Source of the DNA: Patescibacteria group bacterium
Lineage (GTDB): Bacteria; Patescibacteriota; UBA1384; DATEAH01
Direction of reading: 5' to 3'
Length of the DNA: 64,000 nt
NCBI GenBank assembly: GCA_035288465.1
Contig: DATEAH010000007.1
Location: forward strand, 2,090-66,089
Shown here: positions 58,283-64,000 of the stretch, in pieces
How the letters are laid out: every line of letters begins with the position of its first letter
Numbering within the stretch: position 1 is the first letter of the stretch
The notes under the pieces: model-generated
The model's database searches: none
The model's input: only the letters and a program-made list of their open reading frames with translations
Told to the model about the DNA's origin: nothing
Made by a program: the position numbers and the translations under genes

Positions 58283-58633
58283 TTAAAAGAGATCTGAAAT
58301 TTTGCCGCGATAACGAGTTAAAAATTGATGCATTTGGATGATTTCATCGCTCGAAATTGGGACGCGATTTTGAGATTTTTTAGTTTTAGTAATATCTTGG
58401 CCAATTTTGTTTTGGGTATGGGTAGTTTTGGGCAAATTTGGAAGATTACCCTTAATGGCGATGTTCGCATAAACCGGAGTTTTACAATTAGCACAATTCA
58501 ACTGCAATTGGTAATTTGAGCCAGCTTGGCCCTTAAGGAAAATATTTTCCAGATGAAAAATCTGGTTACATTTTGGACAACGCATCACAATTTGCAAATT
58601 TTTAATTAACTCACGGATTTGTTCAGAATTCAT
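58283..58633 (-). CDS. hypothetical zinc-ribbon protein
   Basis: AAGGAGG RBS; CPKC...CANC; C-terminal ISSDEIIQMHQFL. Confidence 0.8.
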   Translation of the reverse strand: MNSEQIRELIKNLQIVMRCPKCNQIFHLENIFLKGQAGSNYQLQLNCANCKTPVYANIAIKGNLPNLPKTTHTQNKIGQDITKTKKSQNRVPISSDEIIQMHQFLTRYRGKISDLF

Positions 58634-58884
58634 ATGCCTCCTTTATCTCGAGCTTGCTGAGAAATTTACCCCGACTTATCCCGAACTTAGTTGAGGGAGT
58701 ATGCTCGAGGGGTTTGTCCGGTAAAATTACTAGATTTTACATTTATATTCTATCTTTAAAAATTAAAATTGTCAAGATAAAATTGGTAATATTTTGTAGG
58801 CTAGCTTGATTTTGACTTAGTTTTGTGGTATTTTTTAGTTTTAGAACCTTTATAATTTATCCTGAAGCGGAAAGGGTGATCGGC

Positions 58885-59406
58885 ATGGTCGGCGCGGCAA
58901 AAGCCATCTTCATTACGTACAATTCGGTTGGTATTGGTCGTGAAATGTTGGGCAATGGCTGGCACGGCAAAGATGGCGAACATCAAATTTTTATTGCGAG
59001 TACGGAAAGCATCCGAACAAAATCAATTACAAGCGGTAAGGCAATTCGAGAAAAGGACATTGATGGAATACTCGTCCCCCTTGCTGATATTCTTCATCTT
59101 ATGGATGAAAAAATGATTTTTGTGATTTATCTTGGCGGGGAAGGACATGAACATATCTTTTCATATCTTTACCAGATCCCTGCAGAAAGAATAGTTTTCG
59201 TGATGTGCGAATGTGATAGACAAGGAAAGATGCATCAACTAAGAGAACACCGTTTGCTTGGAGCTCGAAGGATTGACAGCGAATGTGGTGGAGAGCTGAC
59301 AATGAAAAAATTAGCTGATCACTTTCTGACTACTGGTCAAATTCCAGAGACAGAAGAAGAATGGGTTGGAGATCCAAATTCGGCAATCGTCTGGCGACGA
59401 AAATGA
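58885..59406 (+). CDS. hypothetical protein with Cys motifs (CECD, ECGG)
   Basis: ORF 58825-59406; likely start ATG 58885 after GAAAGGG. Confidence 0.65.
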   Translation: MVGAAKAIFITYNSVGIGREMLGNGWHGKDGEHQIFIASTESIRTKSITSGKAIREKDIDGILVPLADILHLMDEKMIFVIYLGGEGHEHIFSYLYQIPAERIVFVMCECDRQGKMHQLREHRLLGARRIDSECGGELTMKKLADHFLTTGQIPETEEEWVGDPNSAIVWRRK

Positions 59407-59424
59407 AAAAACAATAAATTAAAC

Positions 59425-59453
59425 TTGACAAATCGTGATAAGTTTGGTATAAT
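59425..59453 (+). promoter_or_regulatory. consensus sigma70 promoter
   Basis: TTGACA 59425-59430, 17 bp spacer, extended -10 TGGTATAAT. Confidence 0.85.
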
Positions 59454-59534
59454 AAGGACATTCCAGCCTTGATTGTTTTGATTCTGCTCACCTCAGGCTT
59501 TGTGCCTGATAATCTCTGTTTAGGGGGGAACGTT

Positions 59535-59747
59535 ATGTCGTTGAAGTTCTGGGCCATCGTGGCTGCGATCATCTCCTTCGGGCTATATGCCTGCGGGAAG
59601 GTCGAAGCCGGAAATGACGTGGCGTCCACCGGTTGGTGGATAGCCTCGACCATCGGTATGGCGATCGCGTTTTTCCTGGCGATTGCCTGCATGTGGCAGC
59701 CGTTCGAGGACATCCCTGACACCGCCGACGACTTTGAGTCGTACTGA
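59535..59747 (+). CDS. small two-TM protein with acidic tail, 70 aa
   Basis: AGGGGGG RBS; MSLKFWAIVAAIISFGLYAC...WQPFEDIPDTADDFESY. Confidence 0.7.
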   Translation: MSLKFWAIVAAIISFGLYACGKVEAGNDVASTGWWIASTIGMAIAFFLAIACMWQPFEDIPDTADDFESY

Positions 59748-59818
59748 CGATTAGGTTTCGCCCCCAGTTTCACCCCGGTTGCGTTTCAGCACCACAAACC
59801 CCAGGAGGAGTCGATCAG

Positions 59819-59992
59819 ATGGGCAAGAAGCAAACGTCTAAAGGACTCTGTTCCGCGATTGTCGGCTCTGCACCGTGCCAGCGAGCTTTCAAGAGCCACA
59901 CCTGCCCGGCACACCCGAGCCGCAAGAATGACAAGACCTGCCTGGGGATCGCGAAGTTCGCGAAGGGTAGCGGACACCGCAAAAAGCGGTGA
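59819..59992 (+). CDS. small basic Cys/His-rich protein, 57 aa (not in ORF track)
   Basis: AGGAGGAG RBS; MGKKQTSKGLCSAIVGSAPCQRAFKSHTCPAHPSRKNDKTCLGIAKFAKGSGHRKKR. Confidence 0.6.
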   Translation: MGKKQTSKGLCSAIVGSAPCQRAFKSHTCPAHPSRKNDKTCLGIAKFAKGSGHRKKR

Positions 59993-60029
59993 CTACCGCG
60001 CCACACCAACCCGACAGCATTCGTTGTTT

Positions 60030-60100
60030 ACCGGCGAGCAAGAGTGGAAAGGGCTTCACCCCTTTCGCAACCCCCACTCCTTGCCCGCCGGTTTCTTTTT
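60030..60100 (+). terminator. long-stem intrinsic terminator
   Basis: ACCGGCGAGCAAGAGTGG...CCACTCCTTGCCCGCCGGT followed by TTCTTTTT. Confidence 0.65.
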
Positions 60101-60159
60101 ATCGCCTCGATGGCGATAATCCCGCACTCCTAGCGTTATAATCGGAAAATCTGCGGGAT
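60099..60159 (+). repeat. dispersed two-hairpin repeat, copy 4
   Basis: TTATCGCCTCGATGGCGATAATCCCGCACTCC...GGAAAATCTGCGGGAT. Confidence 0.9.
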
Positions 60160-60168
60160 AAAGAGAAC

Positions 60169-62151
60169 TTATTCAAATAGCTTTTTAATCCGCACCTTAG
60201 AACCCTGGGCGGCTTTTTTTAATTCAATAATTTCATCGCGGATTTCGGCGGCTTTTTCAAATTGTAAATTTTTTGAAGCCAATTCCATCTGATTCTGTAA
60301 ATTGACAATCAATCGTTTTAGCTCATCTTTGGGAATTTTATCTAAATTTATCACTTCTTCTTTTGGAGCAATAAATTCTTCACCAATTTCTTTTTGGATT
60401 GATTGAGGTTTTATACCGTGTCTGAGGTTATGTGCAAGTTGAATTTTACGACGACGGCCAGTTTCTGCGATCGCTTCGCGCATAGATTTGGTGGTTTTAT
60501 CCGCATACATTATCACTTGACCCATCTGATGACGGGCAGCACGCCCCATCACCTGAATGAGCGACCAACGGCTGCGCAAAAAACCTTCCTTGCCTGCATC
60601 TAAAATCGCCACCAATGAAACCTCAGGCAGATCCAAACCTTCGCGCAACAAATTAATACCCACCAAAACATCATAAACTCCAAGCCTGAGATCGCGCAAA
60701 ATTTGCGGTCGCTCCAAGGTATCGATTTCATGGTGCAAATAAGCGGTTTTAATGCCTTTTTCAACTAAAAATTCAGTCAGTTCTTCGGCCAATCTTTTAG
60801 TTAAAGTAGTGATCAAAACGCGTTGTTTTGAGGCAATTCTTTTTTTTACCTCAACAATCAAATCACTAATTTGTCCTTGAGTGGGTCGAATTTCAATTTC
60901 CGGGTCGATTAAACCGGTAGGTCTAATAATTTGTTCCACGACCTGGTTTGATTTTTCTAATTCAAACGGACCTGGTGTGGCAGTGGTAAAAATTGTGGTG
61001 CCGAGCCTTTTTTCAAATTCCTCAAAGTTCAAAGGCCGGTTATCCATAGCCGAAGGCAAACGAAAACCAAAATCAACCAAGGTTTGTTTTCGAGCTTTGT
61101 CTTGATTATACATACCACGAATTTGCGGCACGGTCATATGTGATTCATCAATAATTAATAAAAAATCTTTAGGAAAGAAATCCAAAAGCGTAAAAGGTGG
61201 TTTACCCGCTTGGCGTCGGTCAAAATAACGGGAATAATTTTCAATCCCCGAGCAAAAACCAGTTTCTTGAATCATTTCCAGGTCAAAATTAGTTCGAGAT
61301 TCAAGACGGTGCGCTTCGAGAATTTTGTCTTGATTTTTTAACAGCGAAACTTGTTTTTTGAGATCTTGGCGAATTTGGGCGGTGGCTAATTTGGTGACAC
61401 TTTCGTCTGTGATGTAATGGGTAGCCGGAAAAAGATCAATATTATTGAGAGTTGAAATGACCTCGCCAGAAATAGGCGAAAGGGTGAGAATTTTTTCAAG
61501 CCGGTTACCAAAAAATTCCAAACGGATGACTTCTTCACCATAGGCTGGTAAAATTTCCAAAACATCACCTCTGGGTCGGAAACTGCCTCGTACCATCTCA
61601 AAATCATTTCTTCTATATTGGATGGCCACTAATTTTTTAAAGAGTTCAGTCATGGTTTGATTTTGATTTTTCGCTAAGCTAATTTTGGTTTGGTCGTACA
61701 AAACTGGTGAACCTAAACCAAAAATACAAGAAACCGAAGCGACAATAATGACATCTTTCCGAGTTGCCAAGGCTTGGGTAGCAGCATGGCGGAGTCGGTC
61801 AATTTCGTCGTTGATGTTGGTTTCTTTTTCAATATATGTGTCAGTACGCGGTAAATACGCTTCAGGCTGGTAATAATCATAATATGAAACAAAATAATTG
61901 ACTGAGTTTTCCGGGAAAAATTGTCGAAATTCTGAGGTCAGTTGGGCGGCTAAGGTTTTGTTATGGGAAATAATTAAGGTAGGTTTTTGATATTTGGCGA
62001 TCAAATTAGCCATGGCAAAGGTTTTACCAGAACCGGTCACGCCCAAAAGAGTTTGAAATTTATAATTCTTTTTCAGGCCAGAATTTAGTTTTTCAATCGC
62101 TGTAGGTTGATCACCGGTAGGATTAAATGTAGAAACTAATTTGAAATTCAT
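60169..62151 (-). CDS. uvrB: excinuclease ABC subunit B
   Basis: PTGDQP, GVTGSGKT, YFVSYYDYYQPEAY, IDESH, DNRPL.FEEF, GINLLREGLD, C-terminal UVR domain. Confidence 0.97.
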   Translation of the reverse strand: MNFKLVSTFNPTGDQPTAIEKLNSGLKKNYKFQTLLGVTGSGKTFAMANLIAKYQKPTLIISHNKTLAAQLTSEFRQFFPENSVNYFVSYYDYYQPEAYLPRTDTYIEKETNINDEIDRLRHAATQALATRKDVIIVASVSCIFGLGSPVLYDQTKISLAKNQNQTMTELFKKLVAIQYRRNDFEMVRGSFRPRGDVLEILPAYGEEVIRLEFFGNRLEKILTLSPISGEVISTLNNIDLFPATHYITDESVTKLATAQIRQDLKKQVSLLKNQDKILEAHRLESRTNFDLEMIQETGFCSGIENYSRYFDRRQAGKPPFTLLDFFPKDFLLIIDESHMTVPQIRGMYNQDKARKQTLVDFGFRLPSAMDNRPLNFEEFEKRLGTTIFTTATPGPFELEKSNQVVEQIIRPTGLIDPEIEIRPTQGQISDLIVEVKKRIASKQRVLITTLTKRLAEELTEFLVEKGIKTAYLHHEIDTLERPQILRDLRLGVYDVLVGINLLREGLDLPEVSLVAILDAGKEGFLRSRWSLIQVMGRAARHQMGQVIMYADKTTKSMREAIAETGRRRKIQLAHNLRHGIKPQSIQKEIGEEFIAPKEEVINLDKIPKDELKRLIVNLQNQMELASKNLQFEKAAEIRDEIIELKKAAQGSKVRIKKLFE

Positions 62152-62295
62152 ATTCCCTTTTTAGTTTTAAGGCTGACTTGCCCCGCATATATGACACCGT
62201 GAGGCGAGAATGGAATTCTCGCGAACTGCGAATATTGTGCGGGGTCGACGGTCGGTAAAAATTTAGAATTTAATTTAAAGCGCATAAAATTCTCA

Positions 62296-62979
62296 TTAAT
62301 TATTTTTTAAGAGATCTGGCCGATTTTTTTTAGTTTTTGAAAGCGACATTTTTTGACGCCATTTTTGAATTTGAGCGTGGTTTCCAGAAAGCAATATTTT
62401 TGGCACCGCCATTTTTTGGTAGATTTCTGGTCGGGTGTATTGAGGATATTCGAGAAGTGAATTTGAGAAAGATTCTTCTTTAAGCGATTCTTCTTTGCCG
62501 ACCACGCCTGGAATTAAGCGTACTACCGCATCGCAAACAACCTGACTAGCTAATTCTCCGCCAGTGAGGACAAAATCACCAACCGAAATTTCCATATCCA
62601 CTAGTTTTCTGATTCTTTCGTCAAAGCCTTCAAAATGGCCACAAATTAAAATTAAATGATCAAATTTAGATAATCTTTGCGCCATTTTTTGATGAAAGGT
62701 TTTCCCTTGCGGTGTCAATAAAATTACCTTTAGCTTTTTACTTTTTACTTTTGATTTTAAGTTTTTCAGGGCTCGATCAACAATATCCACGCGCATCACC
62801 ATACCAGGGCCGCCACCGTATGGGCGATCGTCAACGGTGCGATGTTTGTCTTTGGTGTATTTTCTTAAATCAATCACGTTGATTTTAACAATTTTATTTT
62901 TTTGAGCTCTCAAAATCAGGCTTTGGTCTAAAAAGCCTAAATAAGCCCCAGGGAATAAAGTTAAAATATCAATAATCAT
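62296..62979 (-). CDS. trmD: tRNA (guanine-N1)-methyltransferase
   Basis: VDDRPYGGGPGMV, CGHFEGFDER, SVGDFVLTGGE, EYPQYTRP, SGNH. Confidence 0.97.
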   Translation of the reverse strand: MIIDILTLFPGAYLGFLDQSLILRAQKNKIVKINVIDLRKYTKDKHRTVDDRPYGGGPGMVMRVDIVDRALKNLKSKVKSKKLKVILLTPQGKTFHQKMAQRLSKFDHLILICGHFEGFDERIRKLVDMEISVGDFVLTGGELASQVVCDAVVRLIPGVVGKEESLKEESFSNSLLEYPQYTRPEIYQKMAVPKILLSGNHAQIQKWRQKMSLSKTKKNRPDLLKNN

Positions 62980-63083
62980 TTTTTCCTATAAAAAAGATCG
63001 TAACCTAAAGTCTGTGGTCACGACCTTTTTAATAGCTCCGATTAAGTTCGAAGCTTTTCCCAAATGGGATAGCGTCATCTGTA

Positions 63084-63380
63084 TTATGCTTGAGGTTCTT
63101 CTTCTTTTTTCGCCTCAGTTGAACGTTGTCCGCCAGCAGGTTCAATAATCTTCAAGTTGATTCTGGCGTTATTCTTGGCTCCAAGAACTCTCAAAAGGGT
63201 TCGCAAAGCTTTTGCGGTTTGCCCTTCTTTCCCGATGACTTGACCCATGTCTTCTGGGTTAACAGTCAATTCGATTAAAACACCCATTTCATCGACTGTT
63301 CTTTTAACGGTAACATCATCAGGATGGCTGACGAGAGCTTGAACGACGTATTCAACAAACTCTTGATCTTTTTCTGCCAT
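63084..63380 (-). CDS. khpA: KH-domain RNA-binding protein KhpA
   Basis: DMGQVIGKEGQTAKALR; lies between rpsP and trmD. Confidence 0.92.
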   Translation of the reverse strand: MAEKDQEFVEYVVQALVSHPDDVTVKRTVDEMGVLIELTVNPEDMGQVIGKEGQTAKALRTLLRVLGAKNNARINLKIIEPAGGQRSTEAKKEEEPQA

Positions 63381-63480
63381 TTTTACTCCAAGTTTGATTT
63401 TCTTATATCGGTACGTTCGACCATTTCCCTCTGATTACATATTAATGATAACAAAAATATTTAGCTTCGTCAAGTGTTTT

Positions 63481-64000
63481 TTAGGATTTTGGCTGGTCTG
63501 CCGGCTGTTTGGTTTCGGGCTTTTTTTCTTGGGGATTTTCAGCGGTATCAGCTGGTGATTTTTCGGGTTTATTTTCGGCTAGCGTAGATTCAGGCGTGGT
63601 TTCTTCGGCAGGGGTTTCTTCAGTTTTGGCTTCTTCTTCCTTTAATTCTTCCTCGGCTTGCTCTAAAAGTCCGCCACCTTCAGTTTCGGCTTTTTGCTGT
63701 TGAGGCGTTTCAATCACAGCTGGTTTTTCGGGCTTTTCTTCTTTTTTCTTTTTCTTCTTTTTGGTGACGGTTTTTTTAATAAGTTTAGATTTTTTGAAAA
63801 AGCCAATTTTAACTAATAAATTATTGACTGTGTCAGAAGTCAGGGCGCCATTTTTTAACCAATATTCAAGCCGGTCTTTTTTAATTTCAATTTTTTCCGG
63901 ATTTGAAATTGGATTATAAGTGCCTAAAATTTCAATAAATTTACCTTTGGGGCTGGTGGTTTTGGGGGTGACGACAATTCGATAAAAGGGTTTTTTCTTT
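63481..64000 (-). CDS. rpsP: 30S ribosomal protein S16 (5' end outside window) with long C-terminal extension
   Basis: open frame from the window edge: KKKPFYRIVVTPKTTSPKGKFIEILGTYNP...YWLKNGALTSDTV, continuous with ORF 63481-63717. Confidence 0.92.
   Translation of the reverse strand, partial: KKKPFYRIVVTPKTTSPKGKFIEILGTYNPISNPEKIEIKKDRLEYWLKNGALTSDTVNNLLVKIGFFKKSKLIKKTVTKKKKKKKEEKPEKPAVIETPQQQKAETEGGGLLEQAEEELKEEEAKTEETPAEETTPESTLAENKPEKSPADTAENPQEKKPETKQPADQPKS

Noticed and set aside
59330-60119. Several overlapping ORFs of 62-147 aa on both strands, or an RNA gene
   Set aside because: GC-rich shadow frames; two RBS-supported + strand ORFs (59535 and 59819) explain the region.
895-61873. 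Numerous short antisense or alternate-frame ORFs in the ORF track
   Set aside because: They lie within well-supported genes and lack RBS or motifs.

Overview
AT-rich bacterial chromosome segment with the gene set typical of a reduced Patescibacteria/CPR genome. The taxonomic call is an inference from gene content (pilM/N/O/P cluster with no adjacent secretin, PaaX-like, DUF3048, C39, CvpA-CAP and DUF5679 genes); TGA is used as a stop codon. The backbone carries dnaX, dnaB, pcrA, rsmA, rsmI, metG, iscS/iscU, mnmA, recG, comEA, rny, hup, smpB, murI, thrS, a MiaB-family gene, rplY, uvrB, trmD, khpA, a partial rpsP, four complete tRNAs, a tRNA 3' end and tmRNA. Main leads: (1) a 5.8-10.9 kb putative chemical-signalling cassette (FadL/PorV-like beta-barrel, SemiSWEET-like transporter, ThiF-family adenylase, N-acyl amino acid synthase/LuxI-like acyltransferase, membrane histidine kinase, receiver protein); (2) a type IV pilus ATPase PilB fused to an N-terminal HU-like domain; (3) two large promoter-driven, structured, apparently non-coding RNAs at 25.1-25.6 kb and 47.26-47.89 kb; (4) a 61-62 bp two-hairpin repeat in four copies, always just after a U-tract, plus short palindromes and heptamer repeats that also sit in-frame inside genes. 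All calls were made by eye from motifs; no database searches or folding programs were run.
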